Source of the DNA: Candidatus Bathyarchaeia archaeon
GTDB taxonomy: Archaea; Thermoproteota; Bathyarchaeia; Bathyarchaeales; Bathycorpusculaceae
DNA length: 64,000 nt
NCBI GenBank assembly: GCA_038883855.1
Contig: JAVZLH010000002.1
Coordinates: 62,392-126,391 of the forward strand
Direction: 5' to 3'
A model generated the notes under the pieces. The model made no database searches. It was not told where the DNA came from and saw nothing but the letters and a program-made list of their open reading frames with translations. Below, one piece after another: positions 48,494 through 56,870 of the stretch (its first letter is position 1; the number at the start of each line of letters is the position of its first letter). Made by a program: the position numbers and the translations under genes.

Positions 48494-49486
48494 ATGGCGG
48501 GTGAAAAATTAAGGGTTGGTGTTGTTGGTTTTGGCAAGATGGGCATTTTGCATGCTGGTATTTTGAATGTTTTGCCTAGTGTGGAACTTGTCGCCGTTTG
48601 CGAGAAGAGTGGTTTAATTCGGAGGTTTTTGAAAAGAGTGTTTAAGGATGTTAATGTTGTGAATTGTGTGGAAAAGCTTTCAGGGTTTGATTTAGATGCT
48701 GTTTATGTGACTACGCCTATAGGGTCACATTTCCCTATTATAAAAAGCATTTATGAAAAGGGAATTGTGCGGAACGTGTTTGTTGAGAAGACCTTGACTT
48801 CAAATTTTGACGAAGCCCGTGAGCTTTGCGATTTGGCGCGGAAGTTTAGTAGCGTTAACATGGTTGGTTATATGAGGCGTTTCTCAGTCACGTTTATGAA
48901 AGCTAAGGATTTGTTGGATGAAGGCGTTGTTGGTAAGCCGTTTTATTTTAAGGCGTATGCCTATTCCTCTGACTTTTTCGGGTTGGAAGGGAATTCGAAG
49001 GTTAAAACACCGAACGTTGGAGTTGTTAGGGATTTGGGCTGTCATACGTTGGATTTGGCTTTGTGGTTTTTTGGAGATTTATTGGTTGAAAATGCTAGGC
49101 TAAAGTCTGTTGTGAATTATAGTTCCATAGATTCAGCTTATTTTAAGGTTAAAGCTTCAGGTGGCGTTACCGGCGAATTTAGTGTTTCATGGTGCGTTGA
49201 TGGTTACCGCATGCCAGAAGTAGGCTTCTTAATTGAGGGTTCTGAAGGCAGTCTAAGCGTGAACGACGATGAATTAACAATAAGTTTGAAAGACGGAAGA
49301 AAGCAAAAGTGGCTTAGACACGATTTAGGCGATAGAGTTGGCTTTTGGCTTGGAAACCCAGAATATTACCGCGAAGATGAACACTTCGTAAATGCTGTTC
49401 TGCAAGGTAAGACTGTAGAGCCATGTTTCGAGACGGCCGCAAAAGTTGACTGCTTGATAGATGAGGTTTTAGCTAAGGCTGGTTAA
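48494..49486 (+). CDS. Gfo/Idh/MocA family oxidoreductase
   Basis: GVVGFGKMG, VTTP..SH, FVEK, GYMRRF, DLGCHTLD. Confidence 0.9.
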   Translation: MAGEKLRVGVVGFGKMGILHAGILNVLPSVELVAVCEKSGLIRRFLKRVFKDVNVVNCVEKLSGFDLDAVYVTTPIGSHFPIIKSIYEKGIVRNVFVEKTLTSNFDEARELCDLARKFSSVNMVGYMRRFSVTFMKAKDLLDEGVVGKPFYFKAYAYSSDFFGLEGNSKVKTPNVGVVRDLGCHTLDLALWFFGDLLVENARLKSVVNYSSIDSAYFKVKASGGVTGEFSVSWCVDGYRMPEVGFLIEGSEGSLSVNDDELTISLKDGRKQKWLRHDLGDRVGFWLGNPEYYREDEHFVNAVLQGKTVEPCFETAAKVDCLIDEVLAKAG

Positions 49487-49487
49487 A

Positions 49488-50390
49488 TTGGAAAGCCAAG
49501 AAAAGGTTTTGCTTGTTGGCGATAATCCATTTCATGGCATAAGCCATCTTTCGCAGGAGAGAAGTCGCATTAGAGGAGACACGCCAACAGATCCTGAATA
49601 CGCGGCTAGGCTGATAGGGCTTTCAGTTCAGAACGGCGCCGACGGATTCATGTTCTCCGTTAGCGAGAAAACCCTGTCAATTTTGGATGTTCTGCGAAAA
49701 AACGGCCAAAACAACGGTTTGCGCCTTTATGCCATTGTGCCCTACGCCTACGAATATGTTAGGCTTGCAAGTGCGACGGGTGGGGTTCCAGGACTAGCCA
49801 AAAAATTGTTTAGGGAAATTGTTTTTTCTGGAAATTTTCGCGCCACAGCTTCGGGTTTAAATGGAGTTTTGAGGTCTGATTTAGCCTCGATTGTTAAGAC
49901 TTATTTGCTTTATGAAGTTTCAAGGGTTAGGCGTTCAACTGGTAGAACAGCGAAGCTTGAATCTGTTTTGCTGCATCAGCTCATAACCGATTTATGTCTC
50001 AGCCTAGGTCTAGACTGGGTTTTTAGACTTTATATTGAGTTTTTGTTGAAAACAGGCATAATCCCGGGCTTTAATACTGGCAACTTTGCTTTTTTAGTGG
50101 AGAAGTTTAGGGAATGGAACATGAGCCTAGAAGATGTTGTGATTGCTGCGCCTTTTAACAAAGTTGGCTTTCAAATGGTTCCTTCAAGAGAGGAATGCGA
50201 AAAGGCTTTGGCTATTTTGCCTAAACCCAATGTTTTAGCTATAAGCATTTTAGCGGCTGGCTATCTTAAGCCTGATGAGGCTGTGGACTATATAGCGGGT
50301 TTGCCAAACATAAAAGGCGTGACGGTAGGCGTTTCAAAAGAAAAGCATGCCACAGAAACTTTTAAGTTGCTAAGGAGAAGATTTTCATGA
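49488..50390 (+). CDS. Conserved hypothetical protein, possible aldo-keto-reductase-like TIM barrel
   Basis: LLVGDNPFHGISHLS, PFNKVGFQM, AISILAAG, GVSK..H; coupled to the Gfo/Idh/MocA gene. Confidence 0.6.
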   Translation: MESQEKVLLVGDNPFHGISHLSQERSRIRGDTPTDPEYAARLIGLSVQNGADGFMFSVSEKTLSILDVLRKNGQNNGLRLYAIVPYAYEYVRLASATGGVPGLAKKLFREIVFSGNFRATASGLNGVLRSDLASIVKTYLLYEVSRVRRSTGRTAKLESVLLHQLITDLCLSLGLDWVFRLYIEFLLKTGIIPGFNTGNFAFLVEKFREWNMSLEDVVIAAPFNKVGFQMVPSREECEKALAILPKPNVLAISILAAGYLKPDEAVDYIAGLPNIKGVTVGVSKEKHATETFKLLRRRFS

Positions 50391-50402
50391 AAACTTATTG
50401 CT

Positions 50403-50627
50403 GTGCCGGAGAGACATATTATGTTTAAAAGGAAGCTTATGTCAACTCTATTGTGTCCTGCGGGTTTTATAATGTGCTTGATGGGGATCTTGCTGCCTTG
50501 GCATGCGAGAAACGCGTATCTTAAGGTGATTGCTGCAGTTTTTGATTTGATTCTGCGTTTGGATTTTTTCGTGAGCTTTTTCATGGACGTGGGGTTTGTG
50601 TCGAAGCAGCCTATTAAGTTGCAGTAA
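50403..50627 (+). CDS. Small hydrophobic hypothetical protein
   Basis: Fills the gap in a co-directional operon; LLPWHAR motif. Confidence 0.45.
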   Translation: MPERHIMFKRKLMSTLLCPAGFIMCLMGILLPWHARNAYLKVIAAVFDLILRLDFFVSFFMDVGFVSKQPIKLQ

Positions 50628-50646
50628 GAAAGCAGGGATTTGTGGC

Positions 50647-51378
50647 TTGGGAAAGCCTAAAGAGGCAAGTGTTTTATTCTCCGGGGGGTCAGACTCAACT
50701 CTTGCAGCTGCTTGGTGTGCGGAGCGTTTTGATAAGGTTCATCTACTGAATTTTCATCATAGTGGAATGCATGGTGTTGGAAAAAGTTCTATAAATGTTA
50801 AGCGTCTCCGCAAGAAGTATGGTGAGTATAAATTTGTTTTTAAAGTCTTAGACATCGAAGAGCCATTCCATACGCTTTATTATAAAGACTATTCTGCTGA
50901 TCTTAGGCGGTATGGCACCTTTTTAGCCGCAGCTACCTGCAACATATGCCAACTGGCAATGCATGTGGAAACTATTATTTATGACGTTCAGAACGGTGTT
51001 GGATTTGCATGTGACGGGTACAAAAAAGAGAAGCAGCATGTTTACATAGTTATGTCGCAAAAGGGAATTGATCTGTTAAAGGCTTTCTACGCGAAGTATG
51101 GAATCAAGTACGAGAATCCTATATACGATGTTTTTAGGACAGACTGGGTTTTGTATGATAAGGGGATAACTCCGAAAAGAGATGTGAAGTTCCCGTATGA
51201 GCGTCTTAGTTATGAAGCGCAGCATTCATGTTTTCACGGTATTTTGACAAACGCTTACATTTTGGGATATCATTATCCTTTACATCTTGACCGAAGTAAC
51301 CGTTGGCTAGAATATTTTAAGAGGAAGCTCGAGTTAGCTGAGGACTATATAGATAAGCGGGTCAAGGGTTTATGCTAA
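50647..51378 (+). CDS. PP-loop (adenine nucleotide alpha-hydrolase) ATPase, QueC/WbpG-like
   Basis: LFSGGSDSTLAA PP-loop; CNIC..AMH; lacks the QueC C-terminal CxxCxxC. Confidence 0.7.
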   Translation: MGKPKEASVLFSGGSDSTLAAAWCAERFDKVHLLNFHHSGMHGVGKSSINVKRLRKKYGEYKFVFKVLDIEEPFHTLYYKDYSADLRRYGTFLAAATCNICQLAMHVETIIYDVQNGVGFACDGYKKEKQHVYIVMSQKGIDLLKAFYAKYGIKYENPIYDVFRTDWVLYDKGITPKRDVKFPYERLSYEAQHSCFHGILTNAYILGYHYPLHLDRSNRWLEYFKRKLELAEDYIDKRVKGLC

Positions 51379-52535
51379 TCGTAATAGTTTTGTGGCTTAT
51401 ATCTGCATTTTTATCTCTCGGCTTCCTTGGTCTAAATTATCTTTGGTCGAGAAAGATGGCTAATAAACAATGGAATGTCAAAGTGGATAAAAGTTTCCAA
51501 CCGAAAATATCCATAATGGTGCCCACTTATAATGAAGAACAAACTATAACATATAAAATAAGAAATTTAACTAAACTAGAATATCCAAAAGATCGTATTC
51601 AAATTATTTTTGTTGATGGATGCTCCACAGATTTAACTGTTGAAAAAATTAAAGCTTTTATCCAAAACGCTAACGATATGAATATTCGATTAATCGTGGA
51701 AAATAAGCGTATGGGGAAATCTGCATCTCTAAATATCGCACTGAAAAATTGTGATGAAAATATTATAATAATTTCTGATGCGGATTGTTTTTGGCCATCA
51801 ACAATTTTGAAAAAGGCAATTCCTTACATGGCTGATCCAAAGGTTGGAGCGGTTTCCGGACCTAAAAAACTGTTAAACGCAAGCGTTTCTTATGTGACAA
51901 GGAGCGAATCCTCTTATCTCGAAACCTTAAATTTGATGAGATATGGTGAGTCAAAATTTTTTTCAACACTTTTATTTGAAGGTGGATTTGGTGCGTTTAA
52001 AAGAGAGGTTTTGGAGTCATTTGATCCATACAATACGGGCTCTGATGATTGCGGTACAGTAATACGCGTTATCGAGAAAAATTTTAGGGCAATTATGGTT
52101 CCAGAGGCCGAATTTTATACTTTTTTTCCTAAAACTTTAAGTGGGAAGTTCGAAATGAAGGTAAGAAGGGCAGGTCAATTAATCCGCGTGTTTAAAAAAT
52201 ATGCTTTGGTTCTACTGCGAGGAAGGGTAAAAAGTGGGAGATGGATTATTGTCAAAAATTTGCTGACTTATTTTTTGGCGCCTTTCGCTTTTTTGGCGTT
52301 CATAATTACCTCGCTATACATGATGTTTAAGATCCCTGCCACGTCGTTGACTCTCTTAGTTTTGTTGATTCCGAAAGTAAGAAATTATTTCTTTGAAGTT
52401 TCTTTAGGCTATGCAGTGATTCTGTATGCTATGGTTTTGTCTGTGTTAAGGAAGAAGAGCTTTACGATTTGGAAGCAGCCTGAAGATCGATTATTACTAA
52501 ATGAAGAATATTTGATCAAAAATGGTCTAATTTAG
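51372..52535 (+). CDS. Membrane GT2 glycosyltransferase (N- and C-terminal TMs)
   Basis: VPTYNEE, VDGCSTD, GKS..LN, DAD, SDD; flanking TM helices. Confidence 0.9.
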   Translation: MLIVIVLWLISAFLSLGFLGLNYLWSRKMANKQWNVKVDKSFQPKISIMVPTYNEEQTITYKIRNLTKLEYPKDRIQIIFVDGCSTDLTVEKIKAFIQNANDMNIRLIVENKRMGKSASLNIALKNCDENIIIISDADCFWPSTILKKAIPYMADPKVGAVSGPKKLLNASVSYVTRSESSYLETLNLMRYGESKFFSTLLFEGGFGAFKREVLESFDPYNTGSDDCGTVIRVIEKNFRAIMVPEAEFYTFFPKTLSGKFEMKVRRAGQLIRVFKKYALVLLRGRVKSGRWIIVKNLLTYFLAPFAFLAFIITSLYMMFKIPATSLTLLVLLIPKVRNYFFEVSLGYAVILYAMVLSVLRKKSFTIWKQPEDRLLLNEEYLIKNGLI

Positions 52536-52556
52536 AGACTCATAAGAAGCTTTACG

Positions 52557-53468
52557 GTGTACTGTTTGGCAAGACCTAAAGTTACAATTGGAGTTTGTGT
52601 AAGAAACTGTGAAAGTACTATAAGAGAAACCATAGAAAGTATTATGAAACAAGATTATCCTCATGAACTTATAGAAGTAATTTTTGTTAATGATGGAAGC
52701 AGTGATAAAACACTCTCAATAATAAAAGATTACACATCCAAAATCGACCTAAGTGTAAAAATTTTTAACCATAAGTGGAGAGGTATAGGTTATTCACGAA
52801 ATGTTGTTTTAAAAAATGCGAATGGCAAGTACATAGTTTGGATTGATGGCGACATGACAATTTCACCGGACTATGTGAGAAAACTTGTTGAATTTATGGA
52901 AACTCATCCAAAAGTTGGAATTGCCAAGGGAAAACAATCACTTAAGGCTGTATCCACTCTTTCGGGCACTCTTGAGGTGTATTCTCGAGCAGCTAGCAGA
53001 ATGGTAAATTACCAATCCCAAAAAGCAAAATTTAAATCTCTAGGCACGGGCGGTTCAATTTATCGACTTGAAACGATTAAAAAAGTTGGAGGTTTTGACG
53101 AGCAAATTAAAGGGTATGGAGAAGACTTTGACGCTGAATTAAGGATAAAAGATGCTGGATGGACTTTAGCGGTCGTTGATGTTTACTTTTCTGACCATGA
53201 AAGATTTAATTTAACTTGGAGGGAGTTGTGGAAAAGATACAGGCTTCGAGGTTATTATTCTAGCTTATTTCTTCAAAAACATAGAGGTGCGGTTAAATTA
53301 TGCAAAATGCTCCCTCTGTTAGCTGCAATTACGGGATTTCTGGATTCAATAAAAATCTACAAAGTGACAAATAAAAAAAGGTGTTTCTTATTGCCTCTTC
53401 TTTACTTATTTAAAATGAGCGCATGGTGGAGTGGCTATTTACTATACAATTCTTTTGTTGTTGCGTAA
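52557..53468 (+). CDS. GT2 glycosyltransferase
   Basis: VTIGVCVRN, DGSSD, SRN, IDGD, GGFDE, GED. Confidence 0.9.
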   Translation: MYCLARPKVTIGVCVRNCESTIRETIESIMKQDYPHELIEVIFVNDGSSDKTLSIIKDYTSKIDLSVKIFNHKWRGIGYSRNVVLKNANGKYIVWIDGDMTISPDYVRKLVEFMETHPKVGIAKGKQSLKAVSTLSGTLEVYSRAASRMVNYQSQKAKFKSLGTGGSIYRLETIKKVGGFDEQIKGYGEDFDAELRIKDAGWTLAVVDVYFSDHERFNLTWRELWKRYRLRGYYSSLFLQKHRGAVKLCKMLPLLAAITGFLDSIKIYKVTNKKRCFLLPLLYLFKMSAWWSGYLLYNSFVVA

Positions 53469-53488
53469 TTTGTGGTGGTTTGCCTGAT

Positions 53489-54397
53489 ATGCAGCACGCA
53501 TACCCAAAGGTTACGATCGGTGTTTGTGTAAGAAATTGCGCAGATACAATACGTGGGGCTATTGATAGCATTATAAAGCAAAGTTATCCCCATGAACTTA
53601 TGGAAGTGATCTTTGTTGATGACGGGAGTATGGACGAAACATTAAGTATTATCAAAGACCTTATATCCAAAACTCAAGGTTTTGAGATGAAAATTTTTCA
53701 TCATGATTGGAAGGGTTTAGGATTCAGCAGAAATTTGGTCGTAGAAAACGCTGAAGGCAAGTATATTATTTGGGTTGATGGAGATATGATCCTCACAAGA
53801 GATTTTGTGGCAAATCAAGTTTTCTACATGGAACAAAACCCGAAAGTTGGAATTGGAAAAGGTAAATATGGATTTCACTCACAAAAAAGAATTGTAAGCG
53901 ACTTAGAAAATTTAGAATTCATCACCACAAATGTCAAGAACCCAAAAAAGGATTTAACTCCCCTTGGTACTGGAGGTGCTATTTACCGCGTAGAAGCCAT
54001 TAAGCAAGTAAAGGGATTTGACGAAAAAATAACTGGCGCAGGCGAAGATGCAGACATAGAGTATAGGATTAGAAAGGCTGGGTGGTCTCTGGCTATAACC
54101 CCAGCCATTTTTTATGAACGCCGTAGAAAGACTTGGAGAGACTTATGGCAAGAATACTTTTGGCACGGCGAAGGGAGTTTCCGTTTACTTAAGAAAAGCA
54201 CTGTAACAAATCCATGGATGTTTTGGCCACTGTGGGTTCTATTTATCGAATTTTCACGGGCAATTCTTGCCTATAAATTAACACGCCGTAAAATTGCTTT
54301 TCTCCTACCCCTGCATTACTTGTATAAAAGAATTGCTTGGGTTCTTGGTTTTTTAAAGGAGTCTATTAAATTTTTGGAGGACAAATTATGGTTGTAA
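53489..54397 (+). CDS. GT2 glycosyltransferase (paralog of the upstream gene)
   Basis: VTIGVCVRN, DDGSMD, SRN, VDGD, GFDE, GED; ATG 53489 preferred. Confidence 0.9.
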   Translation: MQHAYPKVTIGVCVRNCADTIRGAIDSIIKQSYPHELMEVIFVDDGSMDETLSIIKDLISKTQGFEMKIFHHDWKGLGFSRNLVVENAEGKYIIWVDGDMILTRDFVANQVFYMEQNPKVGIGKGKYGFHSQKRIVSDLENLEFITTNVKNPKKDLTPLGTGGAIYRVEAIKQVKGFDEKITGAGEDADIEYRIRKAGWSLAITPAIFYERRRKTWRDLWQEYFWHGEGSFRLLKKSTVTNPWMFWPLWVLFIEFSRAILAYKLTRRKIAFLLPLHYLYKRIAWVLGFLKESIKFLEDKLWL

Positions 54398-55446
54398 AAG
54401 TTGGGCTCATCGGATGTGGCGGTATCGCTCCAATCCATTTGGAAGCTTACAAAAAAATGGGCCGTGAAGTTAAAGTTGTCGCGCTTTGCGATATAAATCT
54501 AGAACAAGCCAAAAGATTAGCTGAGCGATTCAATATCAAAAAAGTTTATGAAAATTACTGGGAGATGTTTGAAAAAAATAGCTTAGATTTGGCGGATATA
54601 TGCACACCAATTTCAACGCACGCTAAAATAGTGTGCGATGCCGCCGAGGTCGTTCCTGCAATCTTAGTTGAAAAGCCGATGGCGCTTACAGTATCGCAAT
54701 GTGATGAAATGATTAAGGCTGTGGAAAAGTCTGGAAGCAAACTTTGTATAGGGCACAACCAAATTTTTTCTCCCCACATACAAAACGTAAAGGCGATGAT
54801 AGATTCAGGAGCGTTTAATTTGTTAAGTCTTGAAACAATTCTTAAGGGAAGTTTTGATACCCTTTTGGCGCGTGGTTTAGCTTCAAAATTAAATGTTTCT
54901 CCCGAACAACGCGGTGTGATATGGGAAGTATGTTGTCACCACGCATATTTACATTTATACTTTTTACCACATATTATTGAAATTTATGCGGTTGGCGGTA
55001 AATTCAAATATTCTGTTCATGACGATTTTGCGGTACTATTAAGGACTTCTGATGAGCGGTTTGGACTTATTAGAATTTCATGGATATGTAACGCGTTTGA
55101 TGTCATTTATGAATTCATGGGTTCAAGTGGAAAGAGGATAGATATACTTTGGGAATTTGACTGTATGTCTGAAAAATCAGATTTTCCACCTTTTAACTTC
55201 TATTTGGTAGCGAAAAACTTTTTGGTGGATGAAAAAAGAATTTTCAAAAAGTGGTTACGTTTGGGAGTTAGATACTTAAGAAATAGGAAAATCCTCCCAA
55301 CTTTCAATCTTATTCAACGCTATGTGCAGGCAATAAAGGCGGATGCACCTCCACCTGTCACTCCGGATGATGGAAAAAAAACTGTTGCACTGTTAGAGGC
55401 TGTTGAAAAATCACTAATGGAACAGCGGCCGGTTAGGATAGGGTAA
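54388..55446 (+). CDS. Gfo/Idh/MocA family oxidoreductase
   Basis: GLIGCGGIA..H, CTP..TH, VEKPMA, GHNQIF. Confidence 0.9.
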   Translation: MVVKVGLIGCGGIAPIHLEAYKKMGREVKVVALCDINLEQAKRLAERFNIKKVYENYWEMFEKNSLDLADICTPISTHAKIVCDAAEVVPAILVEKPMALTVSQCDEMIKAVEKSGSKLCIGHNQIFSPHIQNVKAMIDSGAFNLLSLETILKGSFDTLLARGLASKLNVSPEQRGVIWEVCCHHAYLHLYFLPHIIEIYAVGGKFKYSVHDDFAVLLRTSDERFGLIRISWICNAFDVIYEFMGSSGKRIDILWEFDCMSEKSDFPPFNFYLVAKNFLVDEKRIFKKWLRLGVRYLRNRKILPTFNLIQRYVQAIKADAPPPVTPDDGKKTVALLEAVEKSLMEQRPVRIG

Positions 55447-56784
55447 TTATTCGGAAAGTGTTAATGGATGTGGATAGGTGAAAGGTATGTAATCTGGTTT
55501 TTCATAGAAGTGGTAATGTGTTCCTTCTTGGTAAAAAGAGTCTGCGCTTACATTTGTGTCAACGTTTGTGTATGTGTTGTTCCAAATCCATAAGTCTTTA
55601 ACGTAGTTTCGCTCATTCGTCGCCCACGGCGCCTTTAACAACCAGAAAGCTATGCCAAGGTCTTGCATTGCGTTGTTGAAGACTACTCCGCCACCAGCTC
55701 TTAATTTAAAGGCTTGGTCGCTAGAATCAGAGCATCCAATTATTGTGTTGTTATATGCTTCTAAGCCTCTTCCACTAACAAACGTAGTATCGCCTTCATG
55801 CACATCTACGCCTGCTTTGCTGAAGGTTCCGTAACTTGGAGAAACATAAACGGTGTTATGTCTAAACACGTAGAAGCCGCCTGTATTAGAGGCTACTGCG
55901 TATCGGCATCTTGCAAATGTGCAATCTTCAATGTAAACAAGCCATCTGAAGTATTTGCCTCCGTAAGGGTCTAACAGATTACCGTCACTATCATATAAGG
56001 CACAGCGAATCGGGTTTGTCTCTATATCCCATCTGCCAAGAATATCGCTCAAATTGTATAACCATGTTTGCTCCTTTTGTGGACTACTGCTGCCGCAACC
56101 ACCATCAACACCTATGCCGTATGCCCAAGTCCACGTTCCAGGACGTTCTTTATATGGATTGTCAATGTCACAGTGGTCTATTAAACCCCAGTTCCAATGA
56201 TACTCGTCAGGGTCTGGATGCTTATAACATGATGTTAAAATTGCATGTCCCATAAAGTCGAGAAAGCGACAATGGTCAATTCTGTAATTTTTACCGTTCC
56301 ACATCAAAATGCCTTCTTGAAAATGCTCTTCGTCATTATTTCCTGACGGACCATAGCCTTTAAAGGTAATCCCTGAAATTCTAATCGGTAGATTATTAGA
56401 GCCATCACAATAGAACATTACTTCACTTGTCTCGCTGGTGCACGTTAAATTTGTTTTGTCTTTACCAGCTCCAATAACGCTTACACCACCTGGAACGACA
56501 ACCCCTGCGCTATAACCATTATAAACCGTTCTGGAACCATTAAACGAAAAGTCGCCTCTTGGAACATATACTATGCCTCCACCTGCAGCCGCAACCACAT
56601 CAACAGCAGCTTGTATATCTTCGGCTGACCCGCTTTTAGCCCATATTGTTGTGGATATTTGTCCTGTGTTGTGGATTGTTGCGGTGTTTGTTAATTGGGC
56701 GTTTACAAAGTATGCTGTTGTTATGATAATTATTATTAGGATTATGGCGAAAGTTTTTTGGTAAAGGCTGTTCATGGCGGTCAT
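55447..56784 (-). CDS. Secreted pectin-lyase-like right-handed beta-helix protein
   Basis: Signal peptide, DIQAAVD...GGGIVYVPRG.F, GAG...T, repeated RIDHC/IEDC/FRHN/YNN coils. Confidence 0.78.
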   Translation of the reverse strand: MTAMNSLYQKTFAIILIIIIITTAYFVNAQLTNTATIHNTGQISTTIWAKSGSAEDIQAAVDVVAAAGGGIVYVPRGDFSFNGSRTVYNGYSAGVVVPGGVSVIGAGKDKTNLTCTSETSEVMFYCDGSNNLPIRISGITFKGYGPSGNNDEEHFQEGILMWNGKNYRIDHCRFLDFMGHAILTSCYKHPDPDEYHWNWGLIDHCDIDNPYKERPGTWTWAYGIGVDGGCGSSSPQKEQTWLYNLSDILGRWDIETNPIRCALYDSDGNLLDPYGGKYFRWLVYIEDCTFARCRYAVASNTGGFYVFRHNTVYVSPSYGTFSKAGVDVHEGDTTFVSGRGLEAYNNTIIGCSDSSDQAFKLRAGGGVVFNNAMQDLGIAFWLLKAPWATNERNYVKDLWIWNNTYTNVDTNVSADSFYQEGTHYHFYEKPDYIPFTYPHPLTLSE

Positions 56785-56870
56785 CGTTACTGGTTTTTGC
56801 TATGAATATATGGTTGAGCGTGGATAATAAATCTTGTGTATTACGATAACATAACAAAGGAGACGCAAGA

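Noticed and set aside
50647-51378. QueC / 7-deazaguanine DNA or tRNA modification system
   Set aside because: Lacks the QueC C-terminal Zn motif; no queD, queE, folE or dpdA nearby; context is glycan synthesis
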